Of a DNA stretch of 64,000 nt, positions 1 through 8,943 are shown in pieces. The stretch covers positions 33,239-97,238 of the forward strand of contig JABLXU010000008.1 in assembly GCA_013177805.1 (NCBI GenBank), in the 5' to 3' direction. Position numbers and translations under genes: made by a program. Within the stretch, counting starts at the first letter, position 1, and each line of letters starts with the position of its first letter. Below the pieces are notes generated by a model, which was not told where the DNA came from, searched no databases, and was given only the letters and a program-made list of their open reading frames with translations. Source of the DNA: Candidatus Omnitrophota bacterium (GTDB lineage Bacteria; Hinthialibacterota; Hinthialibacteria; Hinthialibacterales; Hinthialibacteraceae).

Positions 1-58
1 TGTGATCCTGTTTTCTCCGCCCATTCGGTTTTGCTTGCATGCCAATACAATATTTCGC

Positions 59-1144
59 ATGGCGAAAATCATTTACTACATATCGGGACATGGTTTCGGC
101 CACGCCACCCGGGCGATCGAGGTGATCAATCATCTCCCCCCCTCGGTGGAGGTGGAAATCGTGACCTCGGTTCCCGAGTGGCTTTTCAAAAAATCGGTAT
201 ACCGCTCTTATCGGTACCTTGAGATGCGGCACGATCCTGGGATCATCCAACAGGATGCATTACGCCAGGATGTGGACCGCACCTTGGAATGCTGGACGCG
301 GCTGCTCGAGAAGTATCCCGCGATGGCCCGGGCGGAGGCGGTGCGGATTCAGAACGGGGAAGCGCGCCTGACCGTGGGGGATGTCTCCCCATTTGCCATC
401 GCCGTGGCGCAAGCGGCCGGAATTCCTGCGGTCATCACGGCCAATTTCACATGGGATTGGATCTTCACCGCGTTTCTAGAGTCGCGGCCGGAATTTCAGA
501 AAATCATTGACTCCATTGCGGCTTATTACCGGGAGGCCCGGTTGTTGCTTCGCACACCCTTGGCCGGAGACCTCTCCGTGTTTCCAACCATTCAGGATGT
601 TCCCCTTATCGTGCGGCGTTCTCATCTGAGCCGGGAGGCAGCGCGGGAGCACTTTAGAATCCCTCCGGATGCCCGGGTGGTGCTGATCTCCTTCGGCGGG
701 ATGGGGTTGCGGGGACTCCAGTCCGGCCATTTGGCCCGCTATGCGGACATCACCTTTCTTGTCTTTGATCCGGACCTTTCTGGCCCTGGCAATGTGCGGC
801 TGTTGGACGCGCAAACCGTATATCATCCCGACGCGGTGCGGGCCGCCGATCTCGTCTTGGCCAAGCTGGGTTATGGAATCGTGACCGAGTGCATTGCGCA
901 CCGGGTTCCCATCGCCCACCCCCCCCGTGCCGATTTTCCCGAGCACGAGGTTTTGGAGCAGGAGACCCGCCGTCATGTTCCCTTGTATCCCATTTCCGAA
1001 TCAGACTTCTTCTCGGGCCGGTGGGATTTTATGTATGATGTATTTAAGGATCATATGAATTTGTGTCTATCTCCGGAACATGAATCGACGTTTCTGGACG
1101 GGGGCCGGGCGGCGGCGGATTGTCTCTTGGAATTAATAAAATAA
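59..1144 (+). CDS. GT-B fold glycosyltransferase (MurG/UDP-glycosyltransferase-like)
   Basis: Track ORF 2..1144. The ATG at 59 gives MAKIIYYISGHGFGHATRAIEV, the Gly-rich N-terminal loop typical of GT-B enzymes. The frame is open to the window edge, so an upstream start cannot be excluded. Confidence 0.6.
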   Translation: MAKIIYYISGHGFGHATRAIEVINHLPPSVEVEIVTSVPEWLFKKSVYRSYRYLEMRHDPGIIQQDALRQDVDRTLECWTRLLEKYPAMARAEAVRIQNGEARLTVGDVSPFAIAVAQAAGIPAVITANFTWDWIFTAFLESRPEFQKIIDSIAAYYREARLLLRTPLAGDLSVFPTIQDVPLIVRRSHLSREAAREHFRIPPDARVVLISFGGMGLRGLQSGHLARYADITFLVFDPDLSGPGNVRLLDAQTVYHPDAVRAADLVLAKLGYGIVTECIAHRVPIAHPPRADFPEHEVLEQETRRHVPLYPISESDFFSGRWDFMYDVFKDHMNLCLSPEHESTFLDGGRAAADCLLELIK

Positions 1145-1426
1145 TAAATTTTGAATCAAAATTTTGCAAATATTTTCCGTATGCAATTCTTTCGTTTGGA
1201 GAGCAGGCTGGGCAAAGTGGTCCACGACCGTTTACCCGGGTTGCGGGTGTCCTTTGGGAATTCCCCGAGGGGGTGGAAGGCTTTTTGGGGCCCTTGACCG
1301 GGGCGAAAGATGTGACAAAAATATGCAGTTGCTTTCTTGATTTCCAGCCGTTGGACATCCCGCGGGCTTTTTTTATGTTTGCATGATCAGCAAACCTCGC
1401 ACCGAAAGGTTTTGAAGGATAGGCGT

Positions 1427-2476
1427 ATGCCCTTGAAGTCACTGGGTTCCATCATTTTGGCGGCGGGAGATGGCAAGCGGCTCCGTTCCAATTTTCCGAA
1501 GGCGTTGCACCGGATCTGCGGCCGGCCTATGATCGAACACATCCTGCGCACCATCGACGGGCTGGTGGATTACAAGCAGGCGGTGGTGGTCGGTTTTGCC
1601 CACGAAATGGTGAAGGAAGCCCTCAAGGATTTCAATGTCGATTTCGCCTTGCAAGAGAAACGCCTGGGGACCGGCCATGCCGTCATGATGACGAAGCCGT
1701 TGTTTGAGAATTTCGACGGCGACATCCTTATATTGGTGGGGGATGCGCCGCTTCTCTCCCGGGGGACCATCGATAAGTTGATCGAACGGCACCGCCATCA
1801 GGATGCCTCGGCGACTGTGCTGACCACCCGGATGAAAAAACCGGCGGGCTACGGCCGGATCCTGCGCCATCAGGACCATACCGTCATGTCCATCGTGGAG
1901 GACAAGGACGCCAATATCTACGAAAAGAAGATTAATGAAGTCAATACAGGGACCTACGTATTCGACAGCCGGGATTTGTTCAAGGCCCTCGAAAACATCA
2001 AACCGAACAACGAACAGGGCGAATATTATTTGACCGATGTGATTCAAATCATGGTTTCGGAGAAGAAACGGGTGGAGGCTTATGTGACCAAAGATCCTTC
2101 CGAAACCATGGGGATCAATGACCGGGTCCAATTCGCGAAGGCCGAGCGGATTATGCGCGACCGGATTCTGGAGCGGCTGATGTTATCCGGTGTGACCATT
2201 GTGGATCCTTCCAGTACATTCATTGACGACAGCGTGGAGATCGGGATCGACACCATCATTGAGCCCAACACCTGTATTTACGGCCGCACCGTCATCGGCA
2301 CGGGATGCGTGATCGGTCCGTTGACTCAGATCTATGATTCAGAAATCGGCGAACGGACACATATCAACAGTTCGTATCTGAGGGGATGCACCATCCCGCC
2401 GGGCATGAGCATCGGCCCTTTTGCCAATCTGCAGCATGGCGAAATTGTTTACGCGCGCGCCAAAAAAGCCCAATAA
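1427..2476 (+). CDS. glmU: GlmU-like N-acetylglucosamine-1-phosphate uridyltransferase (short C-terminal beta-helix)
   Basis: Track ORF 1337..2476. The ATG at 1427 gives MPLKSLGSIILAAGDGKRL. GlmU-type motifs are LAAGDGKRL, RLGTGHAV and QGEYYLTDV, followed by hexapeptide-like repeats (IGIDTIIEPNTCIYGRTVIGTGCVIG). Confidence 0.75.
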   Translation: MPLKSLGSIILAAGDGKRLRSNFPKALHRICGRPMIEHILRTIDGLVDYKQAVVVGFAHEMVKEALKDFNVDFALQEKRLGTGHAVMMTKPLFENFDGDILILVGDAPLLSRGTIDKLIERHRHQDASATVLTTRMKKPAGYGRILRHQDHTVMSIVEDKDANIYEKKINEVNTGTYVFDSRDLFKALENIKPNNEQGEYYLTDVIQIMVSEKKRVEAYVTKDPSETMGINDRVQFAKAERIMRDRILERLMLSGVTIVDPSSTFIDDSVEIGIDTIIEPNTCIYGRTVIGTGCVIGPLTQIYDSEIGERTHINSSYLRGCTIPPGMSIGPFANLQHGEIVYARAKKAQ

Positions 2477-2524
2477 GCCGCGAAGCATCATACGCATGGC
2501 AATACAACCGTTTGGAGAATTACG

Positions 2525-3175
2525 ATGAAACTTGTGGATATTCAATTGGAAAAACGCAGCGCCGTGGGCAAGGGAGCGGCCCGCTCCGCCCGGCGGGTAG
2601 GGAAAATCCCCGGGATTTTATACGGCGAGAAGAAAGAGGCCATTCCGATTTCCGTGGATCGCCGGATCTTGGAAAAAACCTTCAAAGCCAGTGGGGAAGG
2701 CGAGAATGTCCTGGTCAATGTGGTGATGGAAGGGGAAGAGGACAAAACTCTGGCTTTGGTCCGGGAAGCCCAGCATCATCCCGTAACCGGGACGGTGATC
2801 CATTGTGACTTCCTGCGGGTTTCGGCCGACCGGCCCATTATCACCACCGTGCCGGTGCATACCACAGGTTCCGCCAAAGGGGTGCGGGAAGGTGGAATTC
2901 TGGAACTCATGCTCCGCGATATCCAAATCCAATGTTTGCCGCTGGATATTCCTGACCATCTGGAAGTGGATGTCTCCCACTTAGGGATCGGCCATGCCCT
3001 TCACGTTTCCGACTTGCCCAAGGACCCGCGGTATACCATTCTGACCGCTCCTGAACTGGCCCTGGTCGTCGTGGCGGCGCCCAAGATCGAAGTGGCGCAC
3101 GCGGCGCAGGTGATGGCCGAAGAAGGAGAAGCCAAGGAAGGCGAGGCCGAAGGCGCCGGCGAAAAGGCGGAGTGA
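2525..3175 (+). CDS. rplY: 50S ribosomal protein L25/general stress protein Ctc
   Basis: N-terminus MKLVDIQLEKRSAVGKGAARSARRVGKIPGILYG is the L25/Ctc signature. GGAGA lies upstream of the ATG. Position before pth is classic. The C-terminal tail is acidic and E/A/G-rich. Confidence 0.9.
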   Translation: MKLVDIQLEKRSAVGKGAARSARRVGKIPGILYGEKKEAIPISVDRRILEKTFKASGEGENVLVNVVMEGEEDKTLALVREAQHHPVTGTVIHCDFLRVSADRPIITTVPVHTTGSAKGVREGGILELMLRDIQIQCLPLDIPDHLEVDVSHLGIGHALHVSDLPKDPRYTILTAPELALVVVAAPKIEVAHAAQVMAEEGEAKEGEAEGAGEKAE

Positions 3176-3187
3176 TAACCGGGGTTC

Positions 3188-3745
3188 ATGGTGTGGTGCA
3201 TTCTGGGATTGGGCAACCCGGGGGAAGCCTATCGATCGACCCGCCACAACGTGGGATTTGATTTGATCGACCTACTATCCGCGCGGTGGAATATTCCGGT
3301 CACGATCCAGGGGCCTTCCTTTCTGTTCGGGTCGGGAGATTGGAAAGATACGCCGGTCTTATTGGTGAAGCCGATGACCTTCATGAACCGCTCGGGCGTG
3401 GCGTACAGCCGCCTCCTGAAAGATCCCGCCATCACCCGCGAGAAAACCCTGGTAGTGCTGGATGATTTCAACCTGCCTCTCGGCAAGATCCGGATCCGGC
3501 GGAAGGGAAGCGACGGGGGGCATAACGGATTGCGTTCGATCCTGGAAGCGGCGGGGACGGACGAAATCGCCCGCTTGCGTTTGGGCCTTGGGGGAGCGGA
3601 CGAAGATTGGGTCGAATTCGTGCTGCAGCCATTTTCCGCCAAGGAACGGGAAGTGATGGATGAGGCGTTGCACCGCGCGGCCCAGGCGGTGGAGATCATC
3701 ATCACGGAAGATATCGAAAAGGCCATGAATCAGTTTAACCGTTGA
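3188..3745 (+). CDS. pth: peptidyl-tRNA hydrolase
   Basis: GLGNPGEAYRSTRHNVGF and FMNRSG motifs; 185 aa; immediately follows ctc. Confidence 0.92.
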   Translation: MVWCILGLGNPGEAYRSTRHNVGFDLIDLLSARWNIPVTIQGPSFLFGSGDWKDTPVLLVKPMTFMNRSGVAYSRLLKDPAITREKTLVVLDDFNLPLGKIRIRRKGSDGGHNGLRSILEAAGTDEIARLRLGLGGADEDWVEFVLQPFSAKEREVMDEALHRAAQAVEIIITEDIEKAMNQFNR

Positions 3746-3892
3746 CCCGTCATAAACCGCCGGCAGAAAATTTTCGGATGCGGGTAGCGAACGCTCCCGG
3801 GAAATCGTAATAGGAACACACGTAATCAGATGAAATGCCGAGAGGAGTTCTCCTCTCGAAATAATTAAATATTCTACAACCAAGGAGACATC

Positions 3893-5932
3893 ATGGAACT
3901 CATCATTTCGGCTCTGGCCGCGATCGCGGCATTGGTGTTTGTGTGGATTTTATCGAAGGATGTTCTCGCGCACAGTCCCGGGAATGAGAAAATGCAAGAA
4001 ATTTCCCACCTGATTCAAATCGGTGCGCGCGCGTTTTTGAAACGCGAATACATGTGGGTTTCTGGATTTGTGGTGGTCATCGCCATATTATTTTCGATCG
4101 GACCCCGTTTGATGTCCTCCAGCATTCCTTTGGGATGGCCTACCGCTCTGGCTTTCATGTTTGGAGCGGCGATGTCGGCGCTGGCGGGCTATATCGGCAT
4201 GTCCATTGCCACCCGGGCCAACGGCCGGACCACTCAGGCCGCTCAGGATCATGGCCTGAAAGGGGCGTTGGGGGTAGCCGTATCCGGCGGGGCGGTCATG
4301 GGACTGTCGGTAGTGGGCTTGGGACTTCTGGGCCTGGTGCTCGTGCAATATATCGCGAAAGGAGACAGCGTGATCGTCAACGGGTACGCGATGGGCGCCA
4401 GCCTGATGGCGCTCTTCGCGCGCAGCGGGGGCGGCATCTATACGAAGGGCGCGGACATGGGCGCTGATCTGGTCGGCAAGGTGGAAGCGGGTATTCCCGA
4501 AGACGATCCGCGCAACCCGGCGGTGATTGCCGACAACGTGGGCGACAACGTAGGTGACGTGGCCGGCCTGGGCGCGGACCTGTTCGAATCGTATGTCGAG
4601 GCCATCATTGCCGCCCTGGCCATCGCTGTGGCCTGCAATGCCGCCATGAACGTGGAAAGTTCCGCCCTGACCGTGATTCCCTTTGCCGTGGCGGCTGTTG
4701 GGATTCTCTGTTCCATCGCCGGTGTGTTTTACGTGAGGCAGTTCGGTTCCAATAATCCGCAAGGCGCCTTGATGGGAGGCACGTACATCAGCGCCATCGC
4801 CACCATCGTGGTGAGCGGCATCGTGATTTATTTCATTGGCGAAGAATGGCACCGCGGGGGGGATACATACAACCGGATGGCGCCCTTTTACACCACGGTC
4901 ATCGGTGTGCTCTCGGGAATCGTCATCGGATTCATGAGCGAGTATTACACCTCCTCGAAATACAAGCCGGTCCGCCGCTTGGCGGAAAATTCGCAAAGCG
5001 GTCCCGCCATCACGGTGACCGATGGCACCGCGTTGGGGATGGAAAGCACCGCCATTCCTGTTATTGTCTTGGCGGTATCCGTGATTTTTGCCTTCTGGCT
5101 GGGTGGATTTTATGGCGTGGCCATGGCCGCTTTGGGCATGCTCGCCACGACCGGCATGGTGGTGACGGTGGATTCGTATGGACCGATCGCTGATAACGCC
5201 GGCGGAATCGCCGAAATGGCGGGACTCGATCCCAGTGTCCGCAAAATCACAGACAACCTGGATGCCGTCGGCAATACCACCGCCGCCATCGGCAAGGGAT
5301 TCGCCATTGGTTCGGCGGCTTATGCGGCCATCGGTTTGATCTCCGCTTTTCTGGTTTCCGCTAACCTGAGTGAAGCGAAGGTGTCGTTGATCAATGTACA
5401 CGTGATCGCCGGGCTGATGATTGGCGGCATGCTCCCTTACTTCTTTTCCGCGCAGCTATTCCGTGCGGTCTCCAAAGCCGCCTTTCGGATGATCGAGGAA
5501 GTTCGCCGCCAGTTCCGGGAGATTCCCGGCTTGATGGACGGAACCGGCAAGCCCGATTCGGCCCGGTGTGTCGATATCAGCACCCAGGGCGCGATCAACG
5601 GGATGCTGCTCCCGGGAACCATTGCCATCCTGGTTCCTCCCATCGTGGGCTTTAGCCTGGGGCCGGAAACGTTGGCCGGCGTTTTGTTGGGAACGTTGGT
5701 GACGGGTCTTTTGGTGGGGATTCAGGCGGCCAACAGCGGCGGTGCGATGGATAACGCCAAGAAATACATTGAAGAAGGCCATTTCGGCGGCAAGGGATCG
5801 GAGACCCACAAAGCGGCTGTGGTGGGCGACACCGTGGGCGATCCCTTGAAAGACACTGTGGGACCCTCCATCAACATCCTGATCAAGTTGATGGCCGTCA
5901 TTTCGCTGGTATTGGCGCCATTGATGGTGTAA
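3893..5932 (+). CDS. hppA: membrane-bound proton/sodium-translocating pyrophosphatase
   Basis: 679-aa polytopic protein with GADLVGKVEAGIPEDDPRNPAVIADNVGDNVGD and DTVGDPLKDT motifs. AAGGAG RBS at 3882-3887. Confidence 0.95.
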   Translation: MELIISALAAIAALVFVWILSKDVLAHSPGNEKMQEISHLIQIGARAFLKREYMWVSGFVVVIAILFSIGPRLMSSSIPLGWPTALAFMFGAAMSALAGYIGMSIATRANGRTTQAAQDHGLKGALGVAVSGGAVMGLSVVGLGLLGLVLVQYIAKGDSVIVNGYAMGASLMALFARSGGGIYTKGADMGADLVGKVEAGIPEDDPRNPAVIADNVGDNVGDVAGLGADLFESYVEAIIAALAIAVACNAAMNVESSALTVIPFAVAAVGILCSIAGVFYVRQFGSNNPQGALMGGTYISAIATIVVSGIVIYFIGEEWHRGGDTYNRMAPFYTTVIGVLSGIVIGFMSEYYTSSKYKPVRRLAENSQSGPAITVTDGTALGMESTAIPVIVLAVSVIFAFWLGGFYGVAMAALGMLATTGMVVTVDSYGPIADNAGGIAEMAGLDPSVRKITDNLDAVGNTTAAIGKGFAIGSAAYAAIGLISAFLVSANLSEAKVSLINVHVIAGLMIGGMLPYFFSAQLFRAVSKAAFRMIEEVRRQFREIPGLMDGTGKPDSARCVDISTQGAINGMLLPGTIAILVPPIVGFSLGPETLAGVLLGTLVTGLLVGIQAANSGGAMDNAKKYIEEGHFGGKGSETHKAAVVGDTVGDPLKDTVGPSINILIKLMAVISLVLAPLMV

Positions 5933-6352
5933 TAAAGGTAAACTCTCTTTCTCACTATGTGTTCTTTGGGAGAGGAGTTTGGTGGAAGTTCGGTCATTCC
6001 AGGGCATAGATCTTCACTCATCTCCTCTCCCGGAGACATAATCATCACCCGGCCACAACCGGCCGCCGCTGGCGCGGAAGATATCGGCGCTACGTTGAAG
6101 CCAGTTTTGAGCAAATTAATGAAGAATCCCCGTATGAGAAAAGGAATGTTTTCATTATATTTCATAAAAGATGTCATTTGAAAATGAAAATCCTGTTGTT
6201 TATCCCTTGATAAGAGTTCATCAGGAAAGTTAAATATACGCTTGGTTATCAACAGGCCTGGTTTTTCGGTCCGGGCCTTCCCCTGTGTCCGCATGGGGGA
6301 TCATCCTGTCCATACCTGCGTGGTATGGACCAAAGACCGCGGGAGGTATTTC

Positions 6353-6895
6353 ATGGCAGCATCATTGTACGAGTTGCTTTACATTGTTGACTCATCCTTG
6401 GATGAATCCGTGGTGCAACGCTTGTCGTCCGAAGTGCGGAACACCATCCTGGAAGCCGGGGGGGAAATCCACAAGGAGTCCAACTGGGGGACTCGGCAGT
6501 TGGCTTATCCGCTGAAAAAGAAAACGCATGGCATGTACATCAACCTGGAATTCACCGCCCCGGAGACTACTCCGGCCAAAATCCAGGAACTGATCAAGAC
6601 GCGGATGGGGATCTTACGGGAATTGATTCTCAAGGTACCCAAAGCCAAACTGGAGCAGGAAAAGCAAGACGAACTGAAGAAACAGAAGGAATTGGAAGCC
6701 GCCCGGAAGGCCCGCGAAGAAGAGGCGGCCGCGGAAGCGCAACGCAAAGCGACGGAGGAAGCCGCCGCCGAGGCCGCGGAGGCCGGTAAAGGTGAGGAGA
6801 GTTCCCAACCGGCCGAGCCAGCCGCCGAGGTATCCGATCCCCTAACCGAACCGGTTGAAGATTCGGCAGAGCCGGAAGACAATGAAACCCGCTGA
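6353..6895 (+). CDS. rpsF: 30S ribosomal protein S6 with long acidic C-terminal tail
   Basis: The ATG at 6353 within track ORF 6242..6895 gives MAASLYELLYIVDSSL...NWGTRQLAYPLKKKTHGMYINLEF (S6 core). An E/A/K-rich tail of about 85 aa follows. The rpsF-ssb-rpsR gene order supports the call. Confidence 0.9.
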   Translation: MAASLYELLYIVDSSLDESVVQRLSSEVRNTILEAGGEIHKESNWGTRQLAYPLKKKTHGMYINLEFTAPETTPAKIQELIKTRMGILRELILKVPKAKLEQEKQDELKKQKELEAARKAREEEAAAEAQRKATEEAAAEAAEAGKGEESSQPAEPAAEVSDPLTEPVEDSAEPEDNETR

Positions 6896-6903
6896 GTGAC
6901 ATC

Positions 6904-7347
6904 ATGATCAACCGAGTGATCCTCATCGGCCGCCTGGTGGCGGATCCGGAAATGCGGTACACGCAGAGCGGCATTCCTGTGGTACGAATGCGGTTGGCCG
7001 TGGACCGCCGGTTCAAAAATGCCAGTGGGGAGCGGGAGACCGATTTCATCAACCTCACGGCCTGGCGGAAGCAAGCGGAGTTGGTGGGACAATACATGAA
7101 AAAAGGCCGCTTGATCGCCGTGGAAGGTTCACTCCAGGTGAATAAATTTCAAACCAAAGAAGGCGAAAACCGCGTAACATACGAAGTGGTTGTTGATAAC
7201 ATTCAATTTTTGGACCGCGGCCCGGCGGGGCGTCCGGAGGAGGGTGGATATCCTCCCCCTTCCGACGAGAACGCGCCACCGCCTTCGGGAGAAGATTTTA
7301 TTCCCGATATCACGCCCGATATCAACGACAACGATTTACCCTTCTAA
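6904..7347 (+). CDS. ssb: single-stranded DNA-binding protein
   Basis: MINRVILIGRLVADPEMRYTQSGIPV OB-fold N-terminus, a Pro/Gly-rich linker and a C-terminal acidic tip ending DDLPF. Confidence 0.92.
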   Translation: MINRVILIGRLVADPEMRYTQSGIPVVRMRLAVDRRFKNASGERETDFINLTAWRKQAELVGQYMKKGRLIAVEGSLQVNKFQTKEGENRVTYEVVVDNIQFLDRGPAGRPEEGGYPPPSDENAPPPSGEDFIPDITPDINDNDLPF

Positions 7348-7371
7348 TCGAAACAGGAGTCATGAAATCTC

Positions 7372-7827
7372 ATGAATGAAAATATGTCCAATCTTGAAAC
7401 AAGCAGCCGTCCTCAAAGCCCTGCCTCAACCGAAGCTCCCCGGCCCCGCGGCGGGCGTCCTGCGTACCGGGGAAGCGGAGAGTCCATGCGCCATACGGAA
7501 GAGCCGTCCGGTGATGACCGGGGAGGCGGCCGGGGCGGATACGGGGGGCGGCCGGGAGCGGGTGGTCCGGCTGGGAGGGGCCGGACTAGTCCGGCAGGCG
7601 CGCCGCAACGCCGCCGGTTCCCCCGCCGCAAGGTCTGCCGGTTCTGTGTGGATCATGTCCATTACATTGATTTCAAGAATTACCGGCTTTTGCGGGAATT
7701 TTTAACGGAGCGGGGTAAAATCATGCCACGCCGTATCACCGGCACGTGCGCGTTTCACCAACGCATGTTGACCACCGCGATCAAACGCGCCCGGACGATG
7801 GCCTTGATCTCGTTCGTTCACCGGTAA
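7372..7827 (+). CDS. rpsR: 30S ribosomal protein S18 with Arg/Gly-rich N-terminal extension
   Basis: The C-terminal half [65 protein letters not shown] is the S18 core. No in-frame ATG/GTG/TTG lies closer to the core than the Met of MRHTEE, so an extension of at least about 40 aa is forced. Confidence 0.85.
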   Translation: MNENMSNLETSSRPQSPASTEAPRPRGGRPAYRGSGESMRHTEEPSGDDRGGGRGGYGGRPGAGGPAGRGRTSPAGAPQRRRFPRRKVCRFCVDHVHYIDFKNYRLLREFLTERGKIMPRRITGTCAFHQRMLTTAIKRARTMALISFVHR

Positions 7828-7872
7828 TCGTGGAAATGGAAATGAAGGGAACTCACTGAGGAGTGATCGATT

Positions 7873-8142
7873 ATGCCCAATCATAAATCGACGGAAAAAA
7901 GTTTGCGGAAAAGCGTGAAATTACGCCAACGTAATGTGTCGGCCAAATCCCGGATCCGTACCCTGATCAAGAAAGTCCGGTTCTCCGTGGAGCAGAAGAA
8001 TTTGGACGCGTCCCGGGAAATGCTCCGCCAAGCGGTATCGGCTTTGGACACCGCGGCCAAGAAGCACATCATCCACCCGCGCAACGCCTCGCGGCGGAAA
8101 GCCCGGCTCATGCGCTTGGTGGACCGTGCGGCCGCCCAATAA
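7873..8142 (+). CDS. rpsT: 30S ribosomal protein S20
   Basis: MPNHKSTEKSLRKSVKLRQRNVSAKSRIRT is the S20 signature; 89 aa; GAGGAG RBS upstream. Confidence 0.9.
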   Translation: MPNHKSTEKSLRKSVKLRQRNVSAKSRIRTLIKKVRFSVEQKNLDASREMLRQAVSALDTAAKKHIIHPRNASRRKARLMRLVDRAAAQ

Positions 8143-8166
8143 CCAGGACTTGATGAACCTTCCATT

Positions 8167-8199
8167 CCCCCGTGAAGTGTCACGCGGGGGATTTTTTTT
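8167..8199 (+). terminator. rho-independent terminator after rpsT
   Basis: CCCCCGTG aagtgt CACGCGGGGG stem (one bulge), followed by A + T8 at 8191-8199. Confidence 0.6.
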
Positions 8200-8240
8200 A
8201 CCGGATAAGCACGGCAACGTGTTTCATTCAGGAAGCCGTC

Positions 8241-8942
8241 ATGGTTGATTTCCGCCCGGCCGCCGCCATCGTCCTCACCGCAGGCCGCAGCACCCGGATG
8301 GGGGGTCGCGAAAACAAGGTGTTGCATCCGCTGGGAGACCGGCCCGTGCTCGCGTACAGCCTGGCCGTCTTTCAAGCATGCCGGTCCATCGACTATGTGG
8401 TGATCGTGGGCCGGGAGGAAGAGAGGGCGGTTTTGGAATCCACGGCGCGGATGTATTGCCCCAAAGCCGAAGGGCATTTTGCGGTGGGGGGCGTGGAACG
8501 CTTCGACTCGGTGCGCAACGGTCTGGAAGCATGCGCGGCGTTTCATCCAGAAGCCGTTCTGATTCACGACGCGGCCCGGCCTTTCGTGCGGGAACGGTTC
8601 ATTATCTCCTCTCTCAACGCGTTGGAGACTTACCCTGGTGCCGTGGTGGGTGTGCCGCTGAAGGACACGCTGAAGGAAATCCGCCCCGATGCCACAGTCA
8701 TCCGCACGCACGAGCGCAGCCGGTTCTGGCTCTCGCAAACACCACAAACCTTCCGGTATCCGGACATCCTCAACGCCTGCCGCGCTTATACCCCGCCTCC
8801 TTACCCCACCGACGACGGGGCCGTGCTCGAGTGGGCGGGCGGGACGGTGGCGATGGTGGAAGGATCGTATCTGAACATCAAACTCACCACTCCAGAAGAT
8901 TGGATTCTAGCCGAAGCCATCCGGAAAATCCCATTCGATTGA
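8241..8942 (+). CDS. ispD: 2-C-methyl-D-erythritol 4-phosphate cytidylyltransferase
   Basis: The ATG at 8241 in track ORF 8172..8942 gives AAIVLTAGRSTRMGG...NKVLHPLGDRPVL, the IspD P-loop-like motif. It is directly followed by ispE. Confidence 0.88.
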   Translation: MVDFRPAAAIVLTAGRSTRMGGRENKVLHPLGDRPVLAYSLAVFQACRSIDYVVIVGREEERAVLESTARMYCPKAEGHFAVGGVERFDSVRNGLEACAAFHPEAVLIHDAARPFVRERFIISSLNALETYPGAVVGVPLKDTLKEIRPDATVIRTHERSRFWLSQTPQTFRYPDILNACRAYTPPPYPTDDGAVLEWAGGTVAMVEGSYLNIKLTTPEDWILAEAIRKIPFD

Positions 8943-8943
8943 A

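Noticed and set aside
1341-1377. A possible terminator or attenuator (AGCC...GGCT stem plus T7) upstream of glmU
   Set aside because: The stem is only 4-5 bp with mismatches, which is too weak to call. It may simply be a T-rich promoter-proximal tract.
4088-5401. A 437-aa antisense ORF inside hppA. Similar long antisense ORFs occur at 38231..39457 and 39461..40450 (A2M), and at 45297..46412 and 46779..47933 (kinase/yicC).
   Set aside because: All lie opposite strongly supported genes, have biased Arg/Gly/His/Pro composition and show no recognisable domains. These are GC-driven shadow ORFs.
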